Source: Macrostomum lignano (taxonomy: Eukaryota). Taken from it: DNA of 64,000 nucleotides. The position numbers were made by a program, and so were the translations under genes. The DNA lies in contig NIVC01000029.1 of assembly GCA_002269645.1 (NCBI GenBank), positions 868,001 through 932,000 of the forward strand. The letters run 5' to 3'. Positions 1 to 14,955 of the stretch are shown piece by piece; the first letter of the stretch is position 1; each line of letters opens with the position of its first letter. Below the pieces are notes generated by a model. The model worked only from the letters and a program-made list of their open reading frames with translations, had not been told where the DNA came from and searched no databases.

Positions 1-630
1 CCCCTTTGTGGCAAAAGTAACGTCTAATTTTATAAGTGTAAATAAAATACTGTAAATAGCATTATCAAGAAGCTTTAAAATATTTAAAAGCCACTAGTTA
101 AAAATAACCTTGTTATATTTTGATATTCTGCGATAAAAGTAACAAAATTTAAACGTACCGTTTTATTGCAGCGTTAATCATGCAATTGAACGTAAAAATG
201 GTTTATAGCAATAAAGGACATATCAAAAGTTCGAAACTTAAAATTGACTATTGTTAAAGAAAGCTTCTGGCATGACAATTCTATTTTTTGACGTTATGAA
301 ATTTTAAGAGCTGGTACAATTACGTATAGTTTCAAGCTTGTGTGATGCAAATGTAATATTTTATTGTTAATTCGTTACCCATAGCTACTCCAATTAAAAA
401 TCAGCACTTCTGAGAGCTCAGTAGTAAGTGCCTACGCGAGATCCCCTTATTGTTTAATTGTACAGCGAAGTACATAAGTATACATGTACTCTGAAAAAGA
501 TTACCGACGAGTCAATAGTATATATGATATATAGTATGTACGTGGTTTAATTGGGTCGAGGGTTAGTCGAATTTAAACTTTAACGGAAACATTACGTTTG
601 CACACAGTTTAGGCCTGGTGTATGCATGCA

Positions 631-2929
631 TACGGCTGTTCTGCGCGTATGCACCCACCGCTGCTGATCACCCGGAGGAGGCTCGTGGCTTCTTCAACTT
701 CCTGGCTGGGCAGCGGGAAGAGGTGCCAAACCGCGACACGCTGGCGGTGCTCGGAGACCTGAACACAGTTCCGCAGAGGTCCGAGCGCTCGCCCTTTTCG
801 CGGGACGCGAGAACGCCAACACCGATGCACTAGCTGGAGGACCTGACCGGCTGGACTGGTGTCCGCAAGCCCCTGCCCGCCTGGTTACCTTTGCGGACTG
901 CAAGAGAAGGCATCGGAACGCACACGGGCGGAACGCCACGAGGAGACTGGCGCAACTCGATCATGCGCTGGTTCGCACTCGCGAGCGCCGCTGCGTCACC
1001 AACTGCGACACCATGGCTCCACTCTCCGGTCAGACCACCGACTCCTGCTCTGCGACTTGCGGCTCCACGACCATCTCTACCGAACGCCAAAGCAGCGGAA
1101 ACAGCGTTACTATCGCGCTCTGTTGGGCAACCGCGTGAAGCGTCATTTCGCGGGCGCCTTCGTCGCCGCGCTTGGAGACCAGTGCGAGGCGGAGTATTCC
1201 GAAATCAGCACCGCTGTTAGAGCCGCTGCGGAGCAGACGGTCCAGCCGATCCAGCCAGCGCAGAAATCGCTGCCTGTCTGGCAGAGCGACCCGAACATCA
1301 GGCAAGCGCGGCTCAACATTGAGCGACTCCGCAGAAACCAGCAGCCCGCGGACGACGCAGAAGACGCGTTTGAGCGCCTTCTAGACAAGCGGCAGCAGGC
1401 CGCTTTCGACGACGCCGTCAGGTCCACCACTGCAGCTGGCCCCGACGGTAAAGAGCCGCCGGTAAAGTCCAGACTCTGACGGGGCGTAAAAAGCGCGTGG
1501 CGCTGAATCTGGCCGGCGACACCCCGGAGGAGCGCAGGAATGAATCGCGCGACTTCTTCGCCGGCGTAGTGAACGCGCCCGCGTTGCCGCTGCCTGTCAG
1601 TTTTGCGCTCCCACTGAACACGCCGCTCCCAGCTGAGGGAGGACATCTGCACCAGACCAGTCACCATGAAGGACGTTGTGCTGTTCGCTCGGAAAACATC
1701 AGGCGACAAGGCGCTCGGCCTCGACGAGGTCCCGGTCGAAGCGCTGCGGCTCCGCTGTGTGGCCTCCCAGGTCACAGTCGTCATGAACCGCGTGCTCGCC
1801 GGCGCTCCTGCGCCCACCGAGTGGACCGTCGTGCACATTGTGCCGATCCCGAAGAAGGCAGGGACAATGTGGAAAGAAGACCACCGCGGGATCTCGCTAA
1901 TGTCCTGCACCGCGAAACTCTTCAATCGGCTGCTGCTCGATCGTCTGCATTCGGTGCTGGACCTGCCTGTCTGACCTGTTCGACACTTCATCACGAGTTT
2001 TGCAGAGCGACACGCTGGCGCCGTTTCTCTCCGTGCTGCTGCTGGACTGGGTGCTTCGGACCGCACTCCCCCTGCTGACGACGGCTTCCTGCTGCGCAGA
2101 CGCATCGGTCGCCGCCACGGCGCCTAAGCGTGCTTGGCTACGCCGACGACCTCTCCCTCCTGTCCTCGTCCGTTGAAGGCGCCCAGAGCCAGATCGACTG
2201 TTGGTCGAGGTGGCATCGAGCGTCGGACTCGTTGTCAACACGCTGAAGACCGAGGTGCTGACTGTGCCGGCCGACATCCCAGTGGACCTGACATGCCGCG
2301 GCGTAGACGGGCAGACGTCAATGCTCGCACGCTGCCAGCGGTCCACCTACCTTCGGCGGTCTGGTGCCTCACGTGCATGAAGACCTCCGGCGGCGCAGAG
2401 GACGTGCCTGGGCGGCGTTCCGTTCGATCCGGGCCGTCGTCCAGTCCGAAGTGCTGCCAGAGGGCTCGGCTGTGACAGGCGGTGGTCGAAACCGTCCTGC
2501 TCTACAACGCCGAGACGTGGACGCTGACGGCTACACTAGAGCGGCAGCTGGACTCGGCACACTCAGGGCTTCTCCGTGCGGCCTTTCGAGCTGATGAGAG
2601 CGTCGGGACCAAGGCCCTGTACGATCGGGCCAAGCTGCAGCGCCCGTCCATCATCCTGCGCCGGCGACGACTTCAACGTGATCCACGTGATCCGGGCCGA
2701 GGGCTACTGCCCCCAACATGTTCAGGACGTCCTGCTGCTCACCCTGTAGGGCTCGCTCAGGTGGGGTCAGGCCCAAACCCGTCGATACGTGGACTGCCTC
2801 CTACGCGACGCCGGGGCGCCCGACACTGCCAATGGGGCGGACTTCGTTCGCTCCCAGGCTCTGCGGCGCGCCATTTGACGCACCCTGCTCTGTGACTTTG
2901 CTTTCGGGGCTGCGCAATTTGTTGTTGTT

Positions 2930-3018
<89 letters not shown>

Positions 3019-3020
3019 GC
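631..3020 (+). mobile_element. 5'-truncated, frameshifted RTE/RTE-X-like non-LTR retrotransposon (APE endonuclease + RT remnants) with (GTT)n tail
   Basis: Endonuclease motifs AYAPT...VLGDLN (618-833). RT N-part KALGLDEVPVEAL...IVPIPKK...HRGISLMSCTAKLFNRLLLDRL (1666-1974). VLQSDTLAPFL (QGD-like) near 1997, GYADD at 2136-2150, and C-terminal VETVLLYNAETWTLT (2482-). GTT tail ~2920-3019. ATGCATGCA at 622-630 and 3021-3029 is a candidate TSD. Confidence 0.9.
2920..3019 (+). repeat. (GTT)n microsatellite, 3' tail of the LINE
   Basis: About 33 GTT units directly after the RT C-terminal region. Confidence 0.95.
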
Positions 3021-3247
3021 ATGCATGCAATGACATCAAATTTTAATGAAGTTTAGGCCCCGTACGTTATAGATATATCTCGTACTGGATCGGAGGACCC
3101 ACGCATTTGAATTATAGCTTCATCGTATATCTAAATCTAATTTTAGGAATTCGGTCTGACCCATAGATGCAGGCAGTTCCATTCACTTAGTTATATATGG
3201 TTTATAAATGGTGAGAATATACCGAATAAATCGCACGTAATTATGAG

Positions 3248-3805
3248 TTGTATAAATGGCCAATCATAGCACCGGGTGGAGGATACATGGCACGTGAAAA
3301 ACTGCAACAGCCACGTCTTGAGGAGCAATACAGGAATATCATCAGATCAAGTCGCAGTAAAAATCGCTGTTCCTGCCCATTTGACGACAATGCACCAATT
3401 GCTTCTAGAACAAGAAGCGCTCTTCGACACCGCAATTCAGTGAGCAGTTCTCAAATTTATCATTTCACCGGTGGTCAAAGAAGCAGCGACGAGTCCGAGA
3501 GCTCAGATGATGCCTGGAGCAATAAATTTTCCCTAAATTCTTTGGAGCGACCGGACCACAGTGTACCACTGGATGTCACCAGTTCAATCTCGTCTATCAA
3601 CCGACGCAACCCAAGCAACTCAAGGAGTCGATCTCGCATCTCTAACGGCCCTTCCAAATTGATTTATCGAATTTTTGCTTTCGTATTTTATCGTTTGTTG
3701 GTTTCGTTTGCAACTAGGTGCGCAGATTTTGTGACTGGAACTATTTTAACTTGGTTAAAACTATTACTGCTGGTTCCTGTGGCTCGGTGGCTCGGTTTTA
3801 GATAG
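3248..3805 (+). CDS. Uncharacterised 185-aa ORF (Ser/Arg-rich, hydrophobic C-terminus); may be an exon or non-coding
   Basis: ATG-initiated, non-repetitive 558-nt ORF in moderately AT-rich DNA. No recognised domain. Confidence 0.25.
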   Translation: MYKWPIIAPGGGYMAREKLQQPRLEEQYRNIIRSSRSKNRCSCPFDDNAPIASRTRSALRHRNSVSSSQIYHFTGGQRSSDESESSDDAWSNKFSLNSLERPDHSVPLDVTSSISSINRRNPSNSRSRSRISNGPSKLIYRIFAFVFYRLLVSFATRCADFVTGTILTWLKLLLLVPVARWLGFR

Positions 3806-3884
3806 TAATGTAAGCATCGGGACAATAGCTGCATCCCAAGTGCATGTCAACTCATCCAAGGTTTCCTAAATGCCTGTCATCTCT

Positions 3885-4110
3885 ACGGTGTGCCTAATGT
3901 CTGGCTCCACATCCGGTGTGTCCCAACTGCATGTTACCTCATTCGCGGTGTCCCAACTGCATGTACCTCATCCGCGGTGTCCCAACTGCATGTTACCTCA
4001 TCCGCGGTGTCCCTAATGCCTGTCGACATCTCATCCGCAGTGTGCCAAATGCCTGTCGACATCTCATCCGCGGTGTCCCAAATGCCTGTCGACATCTGAT
4101 CCCCAGTGTC
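3885..4110. repeat. ~30-bp minisatellite (catccgcggtgtcccaactgcatgttacct)
   Basis: About 6-7 diverged tandem copies visible. Confidence 0.85.
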
Positions 4111-6245
4111 TCAAACTCCCATTGATCTGATGCATTTTATGTATAAGGCGCGAAAGGAATGTCTTTTGTTGAACAAAAAAACTCAGCAGTGAAAGCAGAC
4201 ACCTGCACATGTATGGCATGCATACATGAAGGTTTGGTTAACGAGTCATACAATGGAACAATGCGCCATTTAAGACTCTGCACTTCTGCATTGCTTTTAC
4301 AATAGTTCAACAAGCTTTTATTTTTTAACCCACAAACAAAAACAGCCAGAGTGACAATAGGCTGTAAATTACACTTTCAAATTTCCTTGACTTTCTAATC
4401 GTCAAGTATGCACACTCTCTGTACTTGAGAATTGGTCCTCACTCGACAACCTCAGAGGCCAATTTTCGTGCAGCCCCAAATGCATGGAAATGTGGCCACG
4501 CACCGAATCGAACAGCATCCTATTGCGAAGCTTTAGAATGAGAATTTTGTCCACTTAGCTCATCCACAAAATTCACGTAGCCATTGTATACACTACGTAG
4601 GGGCAAATATACGCAGCAACATTGAAAAGTCGCCACTCCATGCGCCATAGGCAATTTCTCTTGGACTATTCTGAAATCGGGGTAGCTTTAATCCCTCCAG
4701 CCCTCGCACACCGCTCCCCCACTACATTTCTCAACTCAAGTCTGCCGCGGCTTAGCTGAGCTGTGTCACTCGCAAAGATTGAGGGACTTACCTGCACTCT
4801 CAAAAGTGGCGACCACAGATGGAATCTTCTGTGATGACGAATTTTCAATGTTGCTGAGTAGACATTCACCCAGACACAATGTGAATTAGTTTTAGCCATT
4901 TTTCCACAGTTGCTCCCCTTCCTAGGTAACACATCACGTTACTGCTTTCCTACATTTATCATCCATCATCTAATCTACTTTGTCGTAAAACTGTCGTGTA
5001 GAGTAATGATTGACATCTGTGCAGGGCTAAAATACATTGTAAATAACTTTTACCCAGGCACAATGACAAGTCAAAACGGCCCCATTATTACACAATTCAG
5101 CGACTCCACCGAGAGATTTTTCAATTGATAAAAGCAGGCGTACCGCTGTGATTTTATTGAACTAATTAAAAATTGATAACCAAGTTATAGAGTCGCCTAT
5201 TATCTTATCTGATAGTCAAGTCAACTGTCCCTCGCCACGCGTAATCAATGTATATCATACTCTCTGCCCAAGTGACCAATCAGTTCACCCAACTCCACCT
5301 CTCATCCAATCAAATCAAATTTAAAAGTGTTGAATAATGGCTCCTCAAACGTGTGTTAAAATAACCGAAAAAGTGTGCTAAATTTGCCGCAAAAGTGTAT
5401 TAAAATGACCCGTGTGCTATATAGGTAAAAATTCCATACAATGCGCTTGTATACACTCAACAACATAAAAAAAGTCGCCACCTTTGAGAGTGCAAAGTAA
5501 ATTCTAGCTCAGTATTGACTTTTGAGTGACGCAACTCGAGTGACGCGACGCAGAGTTGGGTTGAGATTGGGAAGATTGGGAAGATTGAATAGATTGAAAC
5601 TTCTGCCCAGTTTTCATTGTTTTTCAAAGCTATTAGGAATAGTTGGCCAGGTGATAGACAGGTCACACGTGATGCTGGTTCGAAGACAGGTTCTGTCCTT
5701 CATCGGCTCTATTCACACAAAGAAGAAAGTTCAAATTAAAAAAAACTGATTGAATTCAATATAGCAGCGAAGAAGTCAACAACTGTGACGTTGACAATGA
5801 GTTCGTGAAAACTCACCTTGCAGAGGTTGCAATAATTGAGCACTGCTCAACGCAATACTCAAGGACTCCGCATTACCATATACTGTACGATGGCTTGTGC
5901 CAGCCGATCGTATTTCAATGGTGCAGTGAGCACGTTAAAAACTGTGCTCATAGTTGCAGTCTTTCAGACTATCGGGTAGCAACAAATCGGAGCTCTTGAA
6001 ATTGGTTGACATTGGGCCAGCTGCAGTATCAACCTCGACATCTTGGTTAAACTTTGGGCTGTAGAAGAGACCCTAATGGCGCTTTTAATGTAGAGACGAT
6101 CACAACTGGTGTTGGCAGGCATGACAACTTGTTAGATGGAAACTTGTACCGTCTATACAGGATCGGATACGGCGAGGCTACAGCTCTCAAGGACTGCATG
6201 ATATGCAATTTATTGTAGTACTGTGTATGCAACAGATACCTAATA

Positions 6246-6653
6246 CAGTGGCGGCGCAGGGGGGGGGCGGGGGGGGGGGCGGGCTGCCCCCGGGTGACCA
6301 CCCCTCACCACCCCCAGGGGGTGACCACCCACTACTTAAAAAAAATTGGTACTTTACCATATTTTTTCAAAAGTGTGGTCACCCCATGGGGCATGGGGGT
6401 GGTCACCTGAGACCTCAGGGGGGTGGTCACCCGATAGGGCCTGTAGGCTGTAAGGGTGGTCACCCTTTGAGGGCGAACCGCGAACTGGGCCTGGGCGATA
6501 ACAAATCCTAACGATTTTGGAAAGCTGGAATGTAATTATTTTTGTGATAATTTTTTTTGATAATTTTTTCTGGGGGTGACCACCCAGCCGGGGGGGGGTG
6601 ACCACCCAACCACCGCCCCCCCCCCCCCAGCTGGAGGTCCTGCGCCGCCACTG
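6246..6653. mobile_element. Non-autonomous hAT-type MITE, 408 bp
   Basis: Perfect 15-bp TIRs CAGTGGCGGCGCAGG (6246-6260) / CCTGCGCCGCCACTG (6639-6653). Exact 8-bp TSD ACCTAATA at 6238-6245 and 6654-6661. Confidence 0.93.
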
Positions 6654-8855
6654 ACCTAATATATGACTGCATAACTGCATGACTACAACCTAGATAGCCA
6701 GATTGAGGCCCTAGTTCTGTTTTTTTGCTTAAGTAAAAATGAAAACTGGCACGTTTTAAGTAAGAGTTTTAAATCTACAATCGTCATGATTTGCAGTCAC
6801 TATTGAAAGCATTTTTAAGCTTGTCAAATATTTTAAACATCACAACTTGTGTCAACGGCTTGTTAGGACAATTTTTCGGCTTTTATTTTTTTATACTTCA
6901 GCTTGTTGCGACGACGTAGGACGAAGAAGTAACGAAGAAGCTTCTGCTTAGTATATACTACTTTTAAATCATATAAACAGTCACTCAAGAACATAAAATA
7001 TAGAATCGTCCGCAGTTCAATTTCCGCGATTGAAAATTCGAATAATCTGAGAATCTGAGTAAGTTCGGCTTAGGAAAGATTAAAAAGAAGCACGTTCTGC
7101 AATTTCCTTCTCACCTTTGTCCATCAAATCCCCAATATAAATTTCAGACTTTCTTCAATTATGAAAGTAGAATAATATTCATGATTGCAATTATGGCTCG
7201 TTGCTAGGTCACTGTATTCCTAACTCAATAACTGCTTCCGTAAATTTAATCAGCTTGCAGAATCGTTCCAGGCCGCTACACAATTAGAGATTGGTGAACG
7301 AACGTAGACCGCGCTGCCGACAAAGTCCGCGGGCGCCGGGGGGGGGGGCCGGCCAGCAGGTAATCAAGGAAACGCCGAGTACGCAACTCCTAGCATGCCA
7401 GCATGCGTTCGAGTTCGAGTCAACTTGCTGTTCGAGGGAGTCCATCCGCGTCCAGGTCTCAGCCCTCAAAGGACTCGCCTTCACAGAATCAAGGGCAGCG
7501 AAATCAAATCGAATCCTAGCGAACGTCGGGGACCAGACCACAGAAGTAGACGAAGCTATACACTTTTGTGTGAGTGTGTTCCTGCGCGTATGACTGCGTA
7601 CGTATCCGCGCGCTTGTGTGCCTGCTCAGGGGAGTCGTCGGAATGGGCATCAACGCCTCTCGCCGGTTGTGCGACAATGTCGCTTAAAGTGTTTTTAGTA
7701 AGAACTAAACAAAAAAACTAAGAGAAAGTCATGGACAAAATGAGAGAGAGAAAGAAAAGACGTTAGTTAGGACCCAGTAAAAGACAAAACCAAAATTCCA
7801 ACTGATTCCTAACAGATTTCTAGGCTAAACAGGCTTAGATCGCATGAGCAACACGCACAATGCAGGGAACGCAGCTCATTAGTGCTTTGTATTAAAAAAA
7901 CTCAGCGCGTGTTTTTCATTCCTTCTTCTACAGCCCCCCCCCCCTGCACCAAAGCTAGACCTGGCGCTATAGCCAACAGACCAACCAAACCTATTTGCTT
8001 AACTGTAAAAGTACATTCGACGAGGTTCGACAGACGAGAGAGAGAGAGACAGAGACCACTGGCAGAGAAAAAAATAGCCCAGCAACCACCATTTGGAATT
8101 AGGTATCCCTTGGGGAGGGGTTAAGTTAGGTGGGCAAGGCCGGAGGGATGGAGAGGATGTCAGATGTGCGCAATCCAACATTCGGGATCTGATCAAGGAG
8201 TCCTTTGAAAGACAATCTGGTAGCGTCATGTTCTCATAAGCTTTCATTAATTTGTGCTCAACTGATTCTCACTAAAGTTGCATTTGTTTGATGAGAAATC
8301 CCGCGACTACTGACTTAGATTTCTCAATGCTTAGTAGATTTCAGTTTTCCTAAATAAAGAGGGTTTGGCAGTTCTCCTGCGACTCAGAATCTCCTAATCA
8401 GCTTAAAAATGATGGGAAATTGAGGAAAAATCGAGAGTTTCGAGGAAAGATTAAGAGGCAGTCGAGATTTGTCCTTTGAAGATCTCCTTGATCTGACGCT
8501 GGCGCTGCACTTATTGCGGATTCCGACGAATTCCCTACTGGAGGAGCTGGCAATATACGAGGAGAACTGGGGGGAAATTTCCCAGAAAATCCAGGCATGC
8601 TTGATGCGGCTGCATGTTAGCAGCATGGTCGAGCTCGTTAGGATTCCTCCTGTCCGCGTCGCTTTTGCATGCAGGGGGAAGCTTCTTTTTATCAGTAACT
8701 GCAAGACTCGTTTCTTCTTCTAGCCATGGCTCGCACAAATTGAGGATGTTGCGAAGCCGGCTGAGCTGAACTCATTCCAAGCCAATTCAGAGCAGTTTGG
8801 TAAGATAACCGATTAGAGAAACTTTGCGCTTGTTGGCGGTTGAACTCTACTGCTC

Positions 8856-9246
<391 letters not shown>

Positions 9247-9570
9247 CACTCTATCACTCTATGCGTGCACCAAGCGCACCTGTGATTAACACGATCATGC
9301 CTGACTAAGCTGCACAATTCCCGGGCTATCCTCATTAAAAATCCCAGAAACTCCGTGGCAATTTATGTTTAGTCTATTTCGGCTTGCTGGGTAACTTGGC
9401 TTCGGCGAAAAACTCTGGCAGCTAGACCTAAATCCTCACAGCAACCGAGCCGACGTACAACTGAAGCAGAAGGAAACCTCACCCGCAAGTCGTGCAATTT
9501 TCACTGGTGGCCGGGTTTTGCTACAGAATGTATTGGAATTAAATTCGCAATATCTCACTTTCTCAGATAC

Positions 9571-11539
<1,969 letters not shown>

Positions 11540-12170
11540 TTGAATCCTGACTCGTCAGACAGAAATGTCAAATACTTTTTGCCGGGGTGACTGTAAAACA
11601 ATTATCTTTTATTCGAAAAAAAGAAGAGCAAAGATAAGGGCAAATTGGTCTCATAGCGACAGCAGCAATTTCTGCTGGATCATGTCATCAATTACATGCC
11701 GTCTGTCTGCAGCCCTGTTTCGAGGCGAGTGCAATTTCGCCAAGAAAATCTGTCGACTCCAGCCTCTTCGGCGACAACCCTCCCCAGCCCGTACTCGCAT
11801 CTCAGTGATAAATGTGTACTATTTAGCGGCTAAATTACTATAATTAAGGGCCCACCCCCCTTCCATCCGGCATTTTTTGCATTTTTCTCTGCGTTCCAAC
11901 AAAGCGATGTTTGCTTGGCGCAGACAGGGCACAAAGATGCGTGAAGTTTATACAACTAGGCGGGGGCCTGTGTTGTGAAGCCATGACTTTTCGAATTGTG
12001 GTGCATTTGAGAGATGCTGCCTGTTTCCAATAGCTAAGTTCTTATATAGTTGGCTCATGCTTAAAATTTACATGTAGCAAAAAATTGCATAAAATTGCAA
12101 ATTCAGGCTCAATATGTACCAGCTCTTATAGTCAGTTGAATCTAATTTGAATAATTTAGCCATTGAGAAG

Positions 12171-12532
12171 CTGGGGCGTCGCCACCGGGGGGGGACAGGG
12201 GGGACATGCCCCCTCCCCAGTTTTGAGGGGACATGCCAATGCTTTTTAACCCGCACTCCACCTTGTGATCCCTTGTGGAAATTAATAATTTTTCCTCAGG
12301 GTGCTAAAATGAGTGCCCGCGGCGCCAAAATGAGTGCCCGCGGCGACAAAATGAGTGCCCGCGGCGCCAAAATGAGGGCCTGCGGCGCCAAAATGAGGGC
12401 CTGCAGCGCCAAAATGAGCGCTAACAACACCGATTCTTAAAATAGTGGATATGTAGGAATTAGTCATGTACATGTACATGTTGAATTCTTGGCTTTGTCC
12501 CCCTAACTAATAAATCCATGGCGACGCCCCTG
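12171..12532. mobile_element. Non-autonomous hAT-type MITE, 362 bp, with internal 21-bp tandem repeat
   Basis: TIRs CTGGGGCGTCGCCA (12171) / TGGCGACGCCCCTG (ends 12532), one mismatch. 8-bp TSD TTGAGAAG (12163-12170) / TTAAGAAG (12533-12540). Internal AAAATGAGTGCCCGCGGCGCC x~6 at ~12305-12420. Confidence 0.85.
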
Positions 12533-14955
12533 TTAAGAAGTAAAGGAATAAGTAAATGAGTGAGTGACAGGACCACTGTAGCATAACATGACGTAAAACT
12601 CAAAGATCGTGTAATTTTTGGAGGTCAATTTCCTGAAAAAAATACACTGCGGAGATTAAAAAATCAATGATTGTATTTGATCTGGGGCAAATAGTGAATG
12701 ATGATCGCATTTGTGAAGAATCGAAACAGTGAGTTATTAATTGAGTGAATTCAGTCATGCCTCATTGAATCAGTCATTTACTCATTTAAGAATGAGTCAG
12801 ATGATCGATCGAAGATACAAAAGAAGGTTACATTGCGATTAAAAGCCAGGCCTTAGTAGAGAAAGACAGCTATTTAAAAAAGTTCATTCAAGTCCATTTC
12901 GTTAGGTTCGTTTGAATCATTTGTCTTTCTCTTTGACCTCGTTGAATAAGTAATGAGCCTATAAGGCCTTTATTACTGTTCTCAAATCTGTAGAACACTT
13001 GCGTGTCAGAGCGCACTTCACTCTGGGCCACTCAAAGGCAGCTCTCTAACTTTCCTTCCTGTGTTAGTTAAAAAAACGTATGCTAACTAACCAACCCTCA
13101 GCTAGACGCAGCCAGGAGCGTACAGTACACAGTTGACTTTATTGCTTTTCAATAAACGAAGCTTTTCCATATCGTTGGTGCTTCTTTATTTAACGAGCTC
13201 TGCAAGTTTCCTTCCTGAAGTGAAAAATCATTGCCCCCCTGTTGTTCTGATTAAGGGCCTGAGTAGTAGTCAGTACTACTGACACAGTACATGTAATTAT
13301 TGCCTTTAGCTGAAACAGTTTCTTTTGAAGTAGAAACGCAGGCGCAAAAACTGTTGACAACAAAATGGTTTGTGTCGAGAATCAAGGTCGGTACAGCCTT
13401 ACCCTCATGCAACCAGCCTTGATTCAGGTAAGTTATACCAACTCTCATTCACATGGTCGTAAAAATATGTACTCTCCTCTTCAGAGATGTGCATGTAGAG
13501 AAAATAATAAGAATAAAAAAACTAGAACTAAATTAGATGTTAAATTGAATACTAAGAGGAGCCAGTATGTGGGCACAAGGCCCAAACCGATATATTTATA
13601 TGACATTAAATTGCAGGGGGTTGAATTGAAGATAACAAAGAGAGGGGTGGAGTGCGCGACTAAAGAGAGAGGTGAGAATGGAGAGCCAATCAGAAGGCAG
13701 CAAGGGAGAGAGAGATAAGAATAACAAGATTGAGCTAGACAGAGAGAGAAAACAGAGTAAACAGAGACAAGTGAAGGTGAACTAAGAAATGAATAGGAAA
13801 GTCGCGACAGTGCACACATATTTCAAAGAATTTATTGACCTTCGTGGACGAAGTGAACCCTGCCAACCCCCGATTAGAAAGTCAGGACCTCTGTACACCC
13901 AGTGTGAGCGTGTGTATGTGTGCATGCCTGCGTAAAGTGTTGGGAGAGTTGCTACGGCACCCTTTGAACATCTATCCACTTAGAACTTTAGGCCAAGCTG
14001 AAAAGTTCAGTAGTAAAGTACTTTTAAACTATAAGTGACATATTTTCGACGCAATATTGAATAATAAATTATTCACGTTCTGCAGGGAGCGTTCGGGCCA
14101 GCATCGATTCAACGAGTTTTCTTTTTGGCGGCCGATGGCAAGCGCTTTGGTTGCGACCATAAAAAGGCATTCCTTTATTAGCTCGTATATCTCTCTAGAT
14201 AGATTCCAGTCCGCGTGTTGAGAGACTTTGTCGCCCTGCTCATAAATCAATAAGTCTGGGCGGTGGGAGATCGTTGTCCAGTGAAGTTTTCCCTCTCCCC
14301 CCCCCCCAGTAGCACTCGGGGCACTTTTACCCTGATCTGAATGTATAAAGAAGCATTAGTTAATATTCTCGCTAAACTATAGCTATTGAATATATTCTAC
14401 AGGACAACTTGCTTAACTGATACACGCCGATCATCTGTCCAAGTCCCCGTTCGACTCAAAACTTCTTTTGCCAAAGCTTTGCCCCATTATTAAGGATGCT
14501 TCATGTAGAAGTGTTTTCGATGTCAAAAAACTACTTCAAGTACAAATTAAATTTTACTCAAACAGCGCATTCTCACTCATCACTCTATCTAACCATCCTA
14601 GTTTTCTCTTCTCTGCAACCATTAGCTTTTTCTCCACCCAATGAAAGATTTAGCAGGACAGTGCCATCCAATCGTGGGTCCGTTTCACGCAACTGATGCA
14701 TGTCAGTGTTCCCATTGGAAAGAGAGGTTGACGAGGGGATGGCACTGGAAGGCGTACGCACTGGCGCATGCGCTGTGGGTAGAGATTCAACGGGAAAAAA
14801 ATAGCACCCTCTGCCTTCGTCCCGTTCCCCGCCGCTCCCGCCAACCCCAATCCCGCTTGGAGGCATGCTATTAGAAGACTAGACCAAGGATTAGTACCAA
14901 TGAAGAGGGCTGCAGGGGCGGAGAGCAATTCAAGTAGCCGGTCGGTCAGAACCAG

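Noticed and set aside
1143-2105. 320-aa minus-strand ORF
   Set aside because: Antisense shadow of the GC-rich LINE coding region.
4590-5490. Two similar tatac..caacat..aaaagtcgccac motifs reminiscent of Tc1 TIRs (~4610 and ~5450)
   Set aside because: Both are in the same orientation, with no inverted partner or transposase found.
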